Source: Thalia democratica (lineage: Eukaryota). From it: DNA of 64,000 nt. The DNA lies in the NCBI GenBank assembly GCA_965202585.1, contig OZ241826.1, positions 46,004,001-46,068,000 on the forward strand. The letters run 5' to 3'. Within the stretch, counting starts at the first letter, position 1. Every line of letters begins with the position of its first letter. The notes beneath the pieces are model-generated. The model was not told the origin of the DNA. It did no database searches and saw only the letters and a list, made by a program, of their open reading frames with translations. Below are positions 47,961 through 60,300 of this stretch, piece by piece. A program made the position numbers and the translations under genes.

Positions 47961-48977
47961 CTAATTAGCACTGCTACTTGATAAAATTTTTATTTGTTGA
48001 GCAACTTTTTTCATTCTTGGCAAAATCAGCTTTTCTAAAACTCCACGCATTAATTCATCTTCACTATTTACTCCGTTTGTCTTTTTTATGTCTGATAGAG
48101 CCCAAAAAGCTCTTTTGGCAAGATGGGTAGTGGGCATTGCAACTAGTTTGTTTACTGCTAAAATCGCAAGAGATTTGTAATTTGAATCTTGAAGCGTTTT
48201 AACCCAGAACTCTGAGTAGGAACTTTGAAGCAATTCGCTTTTTTTTACCAAATCGTTTTTCAATTCTATCAATTTGCCTGTTTTTTCTTCGTTATTCAAT
48301 TTGGCATCATCAACATCCTGAATGACAAATGGGTTTACAATCCACTTATTTTGATTAGAGTCATCTGAAAAATCTTCAAGGTTAAACTGACAATTAGGAT
48401 TGTTTTTTTCAATAAAAGCTCTAAAATCTTTCTACTTTTTTGCTTTTCCAGAAGTGTTAACAGCAACACACTTCTCCCACTGAAGCTTTTCTGCTGTGAA
48501 AAATTCTTCTAACTTTGTAAAAATGCTGGTTCCTGTTGAGTCGACACCAACATAACCGCAGAAAAGCATGTGGTCTGAAATTTTGCTGGTACTTGCGTCT
48601 GGAAATCTTGCAAACACCAGCAGGTAAGTTTCACCGAACTGATCAACACTCACATGAATCAGTAAGCCAAAACAGGGCGAATCACGTAATTTTACTAACA
48701 ACTGATCTTTCAAGTCTTGGGCTATCAGCGTGCAATTACTTACCATTGTGTTCTCAGACAATGAAATTTTTTTCATGCTTTCAAGTTCTTCACTTTCTCC
48801 AAGGATAGTTTCAACAGTCATTATTATGCAGTCTTTTATTACTTCTTCAGCATAAGTAAAGGGTTTTCTTTCTTTCATCAACATATGAGATACTTCTAAT
48901 GACGAAAGTATTTGACGATCGCTTTGATTATCTTTGTTGTTGCTCAAAGAAGCTGATTTTTGGTTGTCAGATGCCAT
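47961..48977 (-). CDS. hAT (Buster/Charlie; FAM200/SCAND3/ZBED8-like) transposase-derived ORF, catalytically dead, interrupted by one in-frame TAG (pseudogene, readthrough or small intron)
   Basis: The two track ORFs are in the same frame and the gap between them has no further stop: 339 codons with a TAG at 48434-48432. Homologous motifs: LEVSHMLMKERKPFTYAEEVIKDCII; ISLSENTM; CFGLLIHVSVD; WEKCVAVNTSG; KWIVNPF; SEFW; MPTTHLAKRAFWAL. No BED finger and no flanking TIRs seen. Confidence 0.85.
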
Positions 48978-49639
48978 TTTATTTTAATGAATTTTAACTA
49001 CTTAAGCTGCAGATTTTTTACCTTTCTTATCTATAAGCTGTATGAAATTTTTTATTTTTTTGTTTAATTATTTTGTTAAAAACATAATTTGCTATCTTTT
49101 AAATTTCTAAAATATGGTATAGGACTTAAGTTTTTTAGAACAAAATTCTTAACTTATACTTTTCTATTCAAATCTAAAAAATATCTATAAAAACATGTCA
49201 AACAAAAAATTTAAGAAAAGTCAAGTCTTGAACTTATAACTTTGTATATACTAAATTATAAAACTAAAGTACTAGTTAAATAAAATAACAAGATTAAGTA
49301 CTAGTTAAACAAGATTATCATTAAATTTTTTCATTAGAAATTGATCAAATTATTTTCAAACTATTAAAGCTAGTTTGGTAAATTTAATCTTGAGAAAATT
49401 TTTAGTTCTATAAGTAAACTTAATTTATAGACTTGGAAATCCTAGTCCCAAAAAAGAAGGGTGAATACTTTTTGCCTGTAAAGTTAATACCAAAACAAAA
49501 ATAATATGTTTGTATTTTTCAGTTGCATTAAGATTTCATTTAAAAACTGTATACCTTTATTTCGAGGGAAAGATTGTTTTTAGAATTAGTTTGTAGCTCT
49601 AAAGTTTTGTCTTTATTTTTAGTTTTAAGTTAATTTCTA

Positions 49640-49880
49640 AATAAGAAACTATGTTAAGTAGTATAAAAACATTGAAAAGATCCTGTAAAGTTACTTTAAA
49701 TGTATTTTTAATAATTTTTTTTTGATGATGACAAAAAAATCTTATTTATATGATAGATTTTTTGTGTTAAATCAAAATTTTACTACATAAAATGTTAAAA
49801 TTATCAAAAATACCAGGTTTTTCCAAGTTATTTTTGCCTAAATTGTCAATTTTCATGTTTTTCCAGGTAAAGTGCCAAAA
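49640..49880 (+). repeat. Truncated copy of the 52154-52507 MITE
   Basis: Shares AGTATAAAAACATTGAAAAGAT.CTGTAAAG, TTTGATGATGACAA and TTTTTCCAGGTAAAGTG with 52262-52500. Confidence 0.6.
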
Positions 49881-50870
49881 ATCTTTGAGCCAAAATACTG
49901 TCTTTAGACATTTTAAAGTCTTTAAACAAAATTTATTATAAAATAACAAATATTGAAACTATTTCAACTAAAGATCTATTGAAAAACTGGAACCAAACTG
50001 TCTTGAGTCAGCCTGAGTTTTTATAATTCTTTTAAACAGTCCTGAGTTCTTTTCAAAATATAAATCTGTCCTGAATTATCTTGAGTGTAAGTTGCTATAT
50101 TGTACTTATTACAATCTGAAAATAGTTTTTATAAATTTATATTAATTTTTTAACACAAAATAATTTCACATTTTGTTTACTAATATACATACACATACAA
50201 AAACGAAGATTAAATTTTTCAACTTGTACGTGTTTTATAGTTTTAAATGAATTGCTATTTTTGAATTAGCACCTGAACTTTATGTTGCTAGTTTTTGAAA
50301 TAAAAGTTTTACAAAAGTTAAATATGACTTTTTTACAATTAAGAGACTTTAACTTTTTTCAGTTACATAATTAGTTTGACAAGAGTAAATTAAAAAAAAA
50401 TCTATATCCTTCTTTAAAATAAAAACAGTTTACTCAACTTACTAATACTATTTGACCATTACTTAAATGAAGTTGTAAAATATACCTAAAATGTATTGTG
50501 ATAAAGAACTTGTTATAGAGCTTCAATTTTATTACAAATATTTCCTTTAATGGTATTTAGATAAATATTTGAAATAAAGATAAATTTTAAAATTATGAAA
50601 AAATTACTTGGTAATATAACTTTATACTACTGTATAAGTTTAAATTGCAGTATATTTAAACCATTGAAAAAAAAAACAGAAGCAGTTTTTTTCTTTTTAT
50701 CTAATAAAAAAACTGACTGTATTAAATAAAGATTCCAAATTTAAATTTACAAAACAATAATAGAGGGTATAAAATACAAATTTATAGACAAACATTTATC
50801 TAATGTTTTATATAATTAAATTGTTAAACTATCTTTTTTTTTTTTAAATCACTTGATATATTGGAAGTGA

Positions 50871-51633
50871 AAAGGTTGCCATTCTTTTAGTTAAAAATAC
50901 TGCCCTGAGTAACCCTGATTTTTTTTCGAATCCTTTATAAGAAAAACTTGCTTTTGGCACCTGCATTAAATGTTCTATAAACTTATTATAAATACTGTTT
51001 TTGAAGATTAGACAAAACGAGTTTGTACTCTTTTTGTTTTTACTGAAAACAAGTATTTATAAGTTATAAAAAAACAACTTTATCATTTAAGGTGTATAAA
51101 AGTACATAATTTTACTAAACTATATAAGTAATTAAATCATAAGGTATATTGAAACTTTTTATTGCATTGTTAAACTTTTAAACCTCTTAAACTGTTTCTG
51201 TATAATTTAATCTCAAATCATGATAAATATAAATTTAAGATGTAAAACAAAAACTACAATGTAGAATAGTTAAGAGCTAGCCGCAAAGCTAATAAAGTTT
51301 AAAATAAGCATCTAAAAATCAACAAAATCATGTTCTTGAAAAATTTTTGATATATAAAACAAATAATATTGACCCTGGGTCAACTTAATTTTATTCTAGA
51401 TCTACAAAAAAATTCTACCTTGAGATTTTAAAAATTTCTAAAAACTATCCTAAGATTTTTAAAAAATCTAAATCTATCCTGAGATTTTTACAAAAATCAA
51501 AGTTACGCGGATTCATCCAGAGTTTAAATAAACTAGTCAAAACATCCTGAATTATCTAGAGTTACCCTGATCTTCATGAGAAATTCTAGAATTTAGAACT
51601 ATACTGAGTTTCCCTGAGTGTGAGGTAACCCTG
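50871..51633. mobile_element. hAT-like MITE, CTGAGT family
   Basis: AAGGTTGCCA ... GTGAGGTAACCCTG ends with CCTGAG subrepeats; TSD not resolved. Confidence 0.5.
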
Positions 51634-52153
51634 AAGTAAAGTAGTGGGAGATAATTAAATTAATAAAAGTATATCCATTAATTTATTAATAAAGTTATTT
51701 GTAAAATTAAAAGGTATATTTTACAATATGGAATTAATAGAAATTTCAAGGTATAACTTGTGTGATGAATTTTAAATAGCACACTTTTAACAGGTTTGCC
51801 ACTCTTTAAGAGGAATAAGCCAGCCTGAGTGACCAAAAACTAGTCTGAGTTACATCAAGCTATCTTGAGTTGGCTAAGGTTTATTAACTTATTAAAAATA
51901 ACAATAATGAGAGCCAAAAATTTAAATAAAATGATATTAAATTTTTGGCTCTAATTTGATATTAAATGAGTCATTTTTTTTAAATAGCAAAGCAATAAGA
52001 AAAGGACTTAATAAAAAAAATAAAAAACTAGACTAAAACCTAGTAAAAAAATTCAAACTAGCCTTAGATTTGAAATGTACTATGAAAACAATTACAGTAG
52101 CCTGCTGCTTAAGTACACACTTTTTTTGGTACACTATCCACTTTTCCAGAAAG

Positions 52154-52507
52154 CAGGGTTGCCATTCGTTTTTTCATAAGTTTTCCCAGGTTTTTCAAAT
52201 TTCTTCCAGGTTTTTAAAAGTACACATTTTTGGGTGTGTTTATAGTTTAGAGTTAAGTTAAAGGCAAGAAACTGTGTTAAATAGTATAAAAACATTGAAA
52301 AGATACTGTAAAGCTACTTTAAATATGTTTTCTTATAAAAATTGTCTTTTGATGATGACAATAATTTTTTATTTATATCTTCATTTGGGTCAATTTGAAG
52401 TTTTACAACTGAACACGTGAAAATTGTTAAAATTCCAGGTTTTTCCAGGTTTTTTTAGTGATTTTTGTACGAAATTTCAGGTTTTTCCAGGTAAAGTGGC
52501 AACCCTA
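52154..52507. mobile_element. hAT MITE with CCAGGTTTTT subrepeats
   Basis: TIR CAGGGTTGCCA / TGGCAACCCTA; TSD not matched. Confidence 0.7.
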
Positions 52508-53189
52508 AAAAAGGCAAAAAAAAATCTTAATTTTTTTATTCAAAAACTTTCAGAATATCTGCAAAAGAAAGGCTAAATTAAATTTGATACAATATAAAAC
52601 ATATAACCAGGATTATAATTATTGACATAACAGCGCTCTCTTTAATAAACGATCTTCTCACATCTGTTAAAGAGTTATCTACTCATTTTATTACACTTAA
52701 CATGCATATAATTTTAATTGAAAATTGTAACTAGTTTTTGTGGTTTTCACCAGACAGTTAACGCCATAATAAAGTTGAAAATACAATAAACTCATAACTG
52801 GTTGCCCTAGGCCAACCATCTCCAGTTGAGGCATTTGATATGATCTCCTGCCCTCACCTAGATCTAGTTGTCCCGGGTCCACCAGTTAGAATAGTGGCAG
52901 TTGACTAGCACGCTTAAATTGTATGTTCAAATTTAGGTTGGTGTTAACCAATGGCGTTGCGTGGCATTTTTTTAGGTGGTGCAGAAAATTTATAAAAAAA
53001 ATTGCTTAGTTGCCCTTGTGCTCAAATCACCCCTGCTCTGCTTTGTTTTCATTTTTTGTTTACAATGGCTTGTGGAACTGATACTTAAACTTGTACTGTT
53101 TTAGGGAATTTTAAACTTAGCTTACTTACTGCAATATATTGACTTTGCAGTATGTAATTCTTTAAGAAATTTTGCTTTTTTGAGGGTTT

Positions 53190-53437
53190 ACTATCATTTC
53201 TAACTCGCTATTTTTTCTAACCAAATCATTTCTAACCCGATCACTTCTAACCCGATCACTTCTAACCCGGTAATTTCTAACCCAATCACTTCTAACCCGA
53301 TCATTTCTAACCCGATCACTTCTAACCCGATCACTTCCAACCCGATCATTTCTAACCCGATCATTTCTAACCCGATCATTTCTAACCCGATCATATCTAA
53401 CCCGATCGTTTCTTACCCGACAATTATTAACCCGATC
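53190..53437 (-). repeat. 15-bp tandem array (TCTAACCCGATCA[C/T]T)n, about 16 units
   Basis: Directly visible; left arm of the foldback element. Confidence 0.95.
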
Positions 53438-55271
53438 TGTATTAATGTGTTTGTTTATTACTGTTTTAAAATAAGGGTTTGTTTTAAAAACAAATTAATC
53501 TTAACAAAGTTGTTTTTTTAATAAAATTTAGTTTGTTTTGCTAAAATAAAACTTAATTTTTTTATAGCTTTTGTTAAAATTAATTTTTTGATACTTGTTG
53601 CTATTGGAAGTTTGATATCCTACGCTAAACCCAGGCATCAAAATCTAGGCCACTTAAACTGAATGACACTTAATAAAGAGACGTAAATTTATATACCGTA
53701 AAATCAAAAACTACAGTTTTATCCAATATTTCTAGATTAACAGCAAAAGAAATCAACACTTTAGTATAGTACTAATTGACTTATTTGTGGTTTAAAGGAG
53801 AAGGTTTTTAACAAATTTGGTTTAACTCCCTAATAAGCAAGTTTAATATCAATTCTTTCATCGAACAGTGAGTTCCAATAAAACCAAACACAGCTGCACA
53901 GTATTTCAATTAAGAATTAACTTCCGATTTCTTTTCAACAAAAAACCTTCTCTTAAAAATTCAGCAACACATATTGAGACGATTTAGTTGACTATTTCAA
54001 TGATTTTAGTGCAGCAGTCAGCAAAACAGTCTGAATTACGCACTTGTTTATTAAAATTAGGTTCATGGTTACTTTTGTAAAATTCATTCGGAACATTTAG
54101 AATGTCAGAATTCAAACAAACTACGAAAATTCAAGAATTAAATTAATTGTTGTTCAAACATCAACCGGATAAACATCCTGACTTTTAGAGTTAGGCTATG
54201 TACATTTGTGCAACCGTTTGGTATTTCATTGTTTTTTTATCAATTATTTTTGTCACTTTTTCAAAGCATAATCTATACAATTAAAATAAACATTATTGGA
54301 ATTAAGGTACAGACAATTGTAAAAAAAAAATAAAAATTTAAGTGCATTGACTAACCACTAAATTAAAAATTTCAAGTCCAAAGCACATTAAGAATACAGG
54401 TCAAATAAATATATATGGAAAGTATTGAAAAACGTTTTATTATTTACAGAGGAAAGGCGCTGCAAATAAAATCAAATTATAGAATGAACCAAATTCTACA
54501 TATTAAATCAATGGTTTATAAGTTTTAAAACTTGTAAATTACTGATAGTTTCTAGTATAAAGTATTTTATCTTAATCAAGTAAACTTAAATAAAAGTTGT
54601 TCAATTTTTTTGCAAAAATTAGTTTTGTTTGAAAGCTAATTCCACATTTAAACTGAAAGATAATTATTACTGCATGAATTTTTCGATTTATTTTCGTGGA
54701 GTTTATTAGTTTTAAAAACAATAGGAAAAGTATAAGTCTTTTGAATTCTTAAGATTAAATATTAAGTTTTGATAGTCGTCAATTTAAGAAATATAATGAG
54801 TATTGCAGCCGTTAAAGACTACTCCGTACTTTTTCTTTGAAGATATTCTATATGGTTAATAAATATTTGTCAACTATGGAGACCAGATTAGCAAGTTGCA
54901 TTCAAATTTAGGGCGAATTTGTATGAAATACAATTTTTTAAGAATATTAATATCAATATATATGAAACTTGAAATAATAAAGTTAATAAAATTTAGTAAT
55001 TGTAATTAGTATGGTGGTTTCATCTAAAATTATCATTATTAAATTCTAAATTCTTAAAACGAAAGTGTATACTGTTTAATAAGTCAAAAGTAGAGGTAGA
55101 CGTTTTTTAATACTTAGAACCTGTCATTTACTAAAACTTAAATTTAATTTTCTTTTTTTTAAGCCAATGGTAAATTATATTTAAAAATTAAATAAGATAT
55201 ATTGTGTACTTTTTACTTTAAAGATGACAATCAAAGTTCTCAACTTAAATATAAGGAGAATTATCAATTAG

Positions 55272-55456
55272 AAATTTTAAATTTTATTAACAATACAATG
55301 TTTCACTCGCTTAAAACTAGTCAAACAAGATCATCAGTTGAATAAAATCTATTTCAAATAGAATTCTATTTGAAATAGATTTTATTCAACTGATGATCTC
55401 CGTTTGACTAGTTTCAAGCGAGTGAAACATTGTATTGTTAATAGAATTTAAAATTT
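55272..55456. repeat. Spacer-less palindrome with 92/93-bp arms
   Basis: Centre GAA|TTC at 55363/55364; only about 4 differences between the arms. Confidence 0.9.
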
Positions 55457-57109
55457 ATAGTTAGATATATTATATGTTAAACTTAACTATAAAAGTTAAG
55501 TTTCGAAAACTTATTATTTTGTTTTTTTTTTCTTTCAAAATATGATGTATATAGAGAAAAATAAATTTACATTTATCATGAAAATTTAAAAGTTTTTAAA
55601 ATTTAAAATTCCAAAAACAGTTTCTCACGATTAATAGTAGAAACTTCTTTAAAAAAATTATTGATATATTTTAAAAGATATTGTTTCACAGGTTTCCAAA
55701 AACACAAAAACTTAAGATTGTTAGCGATAATTAAATATGAGTTATTTAATTAATTTATATAATTTAAAAACTTATAATAAAATAATAAAATTTGTTTGTT
55801 TTGTGAAACTCTAATATAGGTTTAAGTTTCTAATGAAGAAAAAACTTAGAGGTGCAAAAAAACACCGAGAATAAAGTCAACAGACTTCAAACTGGCTTTA
55901 CTGTAATGAATAAAAAGTAAATATGTTGCGTGTAATAATCGTCCGAAAAAATAGTTGATTAAAGGAAACAAAGAACTTGATGGAGTTTTTATAAACTTCT
56001 GCTCCTAGTTATACTTAATTTAACTATAACTAATTATTACTCTATTTCAAAATGTTTTTTCAGTAATTAATTCGTTTTCACTTAGGTTATTTTAATTGAT
56101 CACAAGTAAGTAAATTTTAAAGAAATTTTTATCAACTAAAGTACTAATTTAAGTCGTAATTGAAACATTTTGTATATTATATAAATTTAAGTGAATGTTT
56201 TTAAGAAGATTACCTGGGCGAGATTTGATTAGACTCGGACTTGTTATACAAATAAACATGTCTGTTTAACTATTAGTGACTTCTTTTGCTCAAGGACTAA
56301 GCAGGAATTTATTAATGATGTGAAATCAAGGCGGTCAATCGACGTAACATACTTTTACGGTTTGTTATATGACATAACTGTTTTAATATCTAGGTTATAC
56401 CTAAAAATCATGCTTTTTCACTTAAAACAACAAAAGTATTAATTTCTCCTAGTGTATGTTTGAATTTAATTATCTTAATAGGCCTATGCAAGTTGTATAA
56501 CAATTTGTAAAAGTTATTAAAATGAAACTTATAACTAACCTAATATAAAACGTTAATACATTAGTCAGCAATAATACCACATTTACAACAGACTTACAAT
56601 GTAGTTTTTAGACCGTAATATAAAGGTTTTTATATCTGAATATTACAATTGTAAAGGTTTACTTTTAAAAATTTGCAAATGTTAAAATTATTATAGTCAC
56701 CTGAATTATTATAAGATCCAACTTAAATATAGTTATAACTGCTTACTTTAAAGTCCTACAAAGAATAGTTCAAAATATTGTAAAGTAAACAATTTAGTGA
56801 ATTATATAGGATTATTGAAAAACGTCTGTTATAGTAAATTAAAAGAACAAATAAACATGAAATAATGAAAAAAAAAATTGAAATTGTGTGTAAGATGAAA
56901 TATCAAAAAATGAGGTAATAAAAATAGACTAAACTTATGTTAAGTTAATACTAAAATTAAAGTATATACTAACAACGTTTTTTACGTAACACATTAAAAT
57001 CATAATGTTTTAAAAAAACTAAAAAAAAAAAAAATTACAACTTTATTAAGACTAGTTTGTTTTTGAATGAAATCCAGATTAAAAAATAAAAATAAAATAA
57101 ACAAGTATA

Positions 57110-57368
57110 ATGGGTTAGAAATGATCGGGTTAGAAGTGATCGGATTAGAAGTGATCTTGTTAGAAATGATCGAGTTAAAAGTGATCGGGTTAGAAGTGAT
57201 CGGGTTAGAAGTGATCGGGTTAGAAGTGATCGGGTTAGAAGTGATCGGGTTAGAAGTGATCGGGTTAGAAGTGATCGGGTTAGAAATAATCTTGTTAGAA
57301 TGATCGGGTTAGAAGTGATAGGGTTAGAAGTGATCGGGTTAGAAGTGCACGGGCTAGAAATGATCGGC
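57110..57368 (+). repeat. 15-bp tandem array (GTGATCGGGTTAGAA)n, about 17 units
   Basis: Directly visible; right arm of the foldback element. Confidence 0.95.
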
Positions 57369-60300
57369 TCCCTTTTTGAGTTTATTTGCAGCAGTCAGCT
57401 AAGAGTTTGCAGTGTAGTGAGTAAAATGGTCGTTGTCGAAGTTGGAGTTTTCTAATAGATTTTATTGTAGAAAATAACTAAAACGTTATAGATACTTAAT
57501 TTTTTCTTACAAAGTTTTAAGGTGGTGCAATTGCGGCAGTGCAACACCCCTGGTGTTAACTGAATGATGAAAACCATAAAAGATAATTACAAATTTTATA
57601 AATTCAAAACAAACATATAAAAAGAAACAACAACAAAAACCAAAGTTAGAAAAGTTAATGATTATTTGTCATTTTGCACTTATACTATAAATGTTTCTAG
57701 TGATATAAACTTTCTTGATTGATTTTTTACTTAAAAACCAAATTAATAACTATTAAGTATTAATACATCATAATAATTGATGCTTTGAAAATGTTTGTTA
57801 AACACTTTGTAGTTTGGTACTTTCTCCCTAACAAAACAAATATGGAAAATATGGCTTAATATTTTTTTTTATATCATTGACTGACATTGACTTTCTACAG
57901 CTAAATATGTATTAATTAAATGGAAACTATTTATATAAAAAATAAATCATTTTAAATCTATAAAATTACTTTGCAAATTAGAACTGTGTATTAAATGTTA
58001 ACAAAAAAAACTTGTTTACTTGGTCAAATTATTTTGTATCTAGTTGTAATAAATAAAAAAAACAACTAAAGTTCATTTTATACTATGTCGACAAAAAGTA
58101 CGCACTACCCGTGCTAAGTACACATTTTTTGGTCGAGTTCAATTTGCGTACTTAAGCGGCGGTAGTCTACTGTATAATTATTAAGTCATTAAACATATTG
58201 ATAATAAAATAGTAGCAAAACAATCATAGTTGAATAAAAATAAAAAGCCATTTCAGAGAGTAATAACTACCAGGGCTCCATATACTTTAAATTTTTGGTT
58301 TTATTTTAGGTAAATTTATGAAAACAATTATATGAATTATATTATACGAGCGTTAACTTAACTCGATTAGCATTTTTTAACAATTAAAAAAAAACGTTCA
58401 AACTTTAGATCCAATTATTTTCTTTATCTTTAAAGCTAATTAAGATTTTCTAGAGAACGCTCCTTTGCCTTTAATTAAAAAAAAAATCACTGGATTTGGG
58501 TTTGACTTTTTGAGTGGAAACCCTTAGAAAAATTTGTTTTTGGATATTTTTACTCCAACCGATGTTTTGGTCAAAAAATATTATTATTATGTTTTTTATA
58601 TTCTTACTCTGCTGTGTTTTAAATGGTCGGTGTTTTTTTTTTAATTTCTAATATTTTAATAATATATACAAATATGCCCGATTGTAAATTTCGAAGACCC
58701 TCAATTTTCTAAAGGTCACTGAAGCAAAAAAATAGAATGAATACACTTAATTATGACTATTTTAAATGGTCCACACTTTTTTTTAAATCTAAACTGTTTT
58801 AATTTAAGACATGAAGCATGCACGTTTTGAAAAAATTATCATTATTTGAACATGAAATCCCTCATATTTCTCGTTTGTTCGGTTCGTTCGGTATCCAGAA
58901 TTCTTTATTTCTTGAGTTCTAGCAACTCTGCCAAGGATGAACAAAAGTGCTCGTAAATAATTGAAACTCGTATCATCATTAAGTTATTTATCGATATAAA
59001 ATATTAAGATAATTCGTTTAGCTGATTTAAGGAAGTCTTCTGTACTGTTGGTGTGTATGGTGTTGAAGTCAATTTTTGTGAAAACTTAATAGAATTTAGA
59101 CTAATTAAACTAAAACTATTTATAAATAGATCCATATCAAATTATTTCATCAAAACAAAAAGTTTTCGTTTATTTGTTTGTCTACTACATTTAAAGCAAA
59201 AAAAGATCTTTGTTAAATGCTTAGATTTTGAAAAGCTTGGTTTTCAGAAAATGTACAATAAAAAAAAAAAAAAACAAAACATTAAAAAAAAATATATACA
59301 TAGTTGCTGTTTTAATCAAAATACTTGATATCTTAGATAAAGTAGTAATTTTTTTTTGAATATAATCATTATACAAGTTGTTTAGAGCAGTAGAATGTAA
59401 ACTCAAACACATGTAAAACCACTCGCATTTTCTAATAAAACAAATTGCTTTGATTTAAGTGGTTGCAAATTAAAAGAAGTTTTACTTTTTTAAAGAAATT
59501 AAGTGAAAAATAGCCTTAAAAAAGGCGCTAGACTTACAGAACTTCATTTTTAGTTACAATGCTTTAATTACAAAATTACATTCAAGTCCATTAGGATTCA
59601 CAAAGTTTAACTATAGGTAAAGTTATTTCAAATCTATTTAGAAAATTAAATAGTTTTGAAGCTATAATTTATTTTTATCATTATAAAGTTCTAAAGTGTC
59701 TTTTATAAGTTTTTATTGAACTTTCTTTTTAATACAAACTGACATTAAGTTTTAAATTAATGAAGATTAATAAAAAAATGTTCTTTTTCAGATTTAATAG
59801 AATAATAACTAAAACTGTAACCGCACTGTACAGTTATTCTTTTATTGAAAAAATTAAGCTGAATAAACTATATATAAGTCTGTTAAGCTATTTATAATCT
59901 GTAAAAAGTGTGAAGTATACGAGGACAACTTTTGGTTAAAGATAAAGATTATGAAACTTTGTTGCCTAGTTATTTTTTGTTTAGTTATTTTCTAATTACA
60001 AACACAATACAACTTTTCAGATTTACTTTAATCAATTTTCGTAGTTCTTTTAATTTATGTTTTCAAACTTTTTAAAATTAATAAGATCTGCTTATAGTAA
60101 TAAAGCTGTAATTTTTCGAAATAAAAGCTTCTACAAGTATTGTAAGCCTACTCCCGCTAAAAAGTGCTTCTTTTCCTAACTAAATATATTTTTATAAATA
60201 AATATACATACACTTAAAAAAACCATTTTGCTTTAATGATAATAATTTAGCTTACTGTAAATTTTTAGAAAACGTTATGTTTGTCAGGCATTATTTTTAA

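Larger units (their letters stand above)
53185..57371. mobile_element. Mutator/foldback-like element with 15-bp tandem-repeat TIRs
   Basis: Inverted arrays of the same 15-mer at both ends, plus about 100 bp of further inverted similarity; flanked by TTTTTGAG (8/8, or 8/9 as a 9-bp TSD). No intact ORF inside. Confidence 0.8.
52949..57552. mobile_element. hAT MITE (about 0.4 kb originally) split by the foldback element
   Basis: Termini CAATGGCGTTGC / GCAACACCCCTG; perfect 8-bp TSD GTGTTAAC at 52941-52948 and 57553-57560. Confidence 0.85.
52095..58172. mobile_element. Tc1/mariner-like MITE (family of 41330-42040), expanded to 6.1 kb by nested insertions
   Basis: TA|CAGTAGCCTGCTGCTTAAGTACAC ... 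GCGTACTTAAGCGGCGGTAGTCTACTG|TA; about 57780-58172 aligns with the reverse complement of the left part of the 41330 copy. Confidence 0.7.

Noticed and set aside
48432-48434. Genome-wide TAG reassignment as the explanation of the internal stop
   Set aside because: About 1,500 codons of the other four gene models contain no in-frame TAG and use CAA/CAG for Gln.
2167-48808. Alternate-frame and antisense ORFs over real exons (2167-2433, 3076-3267, 15420-15659, 15450-15701, 37349-37540, 38615-38800, 38907-39113, 48536-48808)
   Set aside because: These are shadow ORFs expected over GC-rich exons; the conserved protein is in another frame.
53580-55020. Possible decayed transposase in the foldback interior
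   Set aside because: Only short stop-riddled frames; I could not identify any convincing MULE or other transposase motif.
53200-57303. ORFs encoding (MIGLE/VIGLE)n repeats at 53200-53394 and 57067-57303
   Set aside because: They are translations of the stop-free 15-bp TIR arrays, present as inverted twins at the element ends, with no other coding evidence.
24647-57368. Regular short repeats as a possible CRISPR array
   Set aside because: The units abut with no unique spacers, there are no cas genes, and the context is spliceosomal eukaryotic DNA.
53214-57368. Interstitial telomere
   Set aside because: GGGTTAG occurs only once per 15-bp unit; there is no (TTAGGG)n tract.
14610-59412. Remaining AT-rich 60-92 aa ORFs (e.g. 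14610, 29335, 30284, 31357, 36612, 42736, 46076, 49767, 52070, 52697, 59053, 59221)
   Set aside because: Their K/F/I/N/L-biased composition is dictated by base content, and several lie inside MITEs or introns; consistent with chance.
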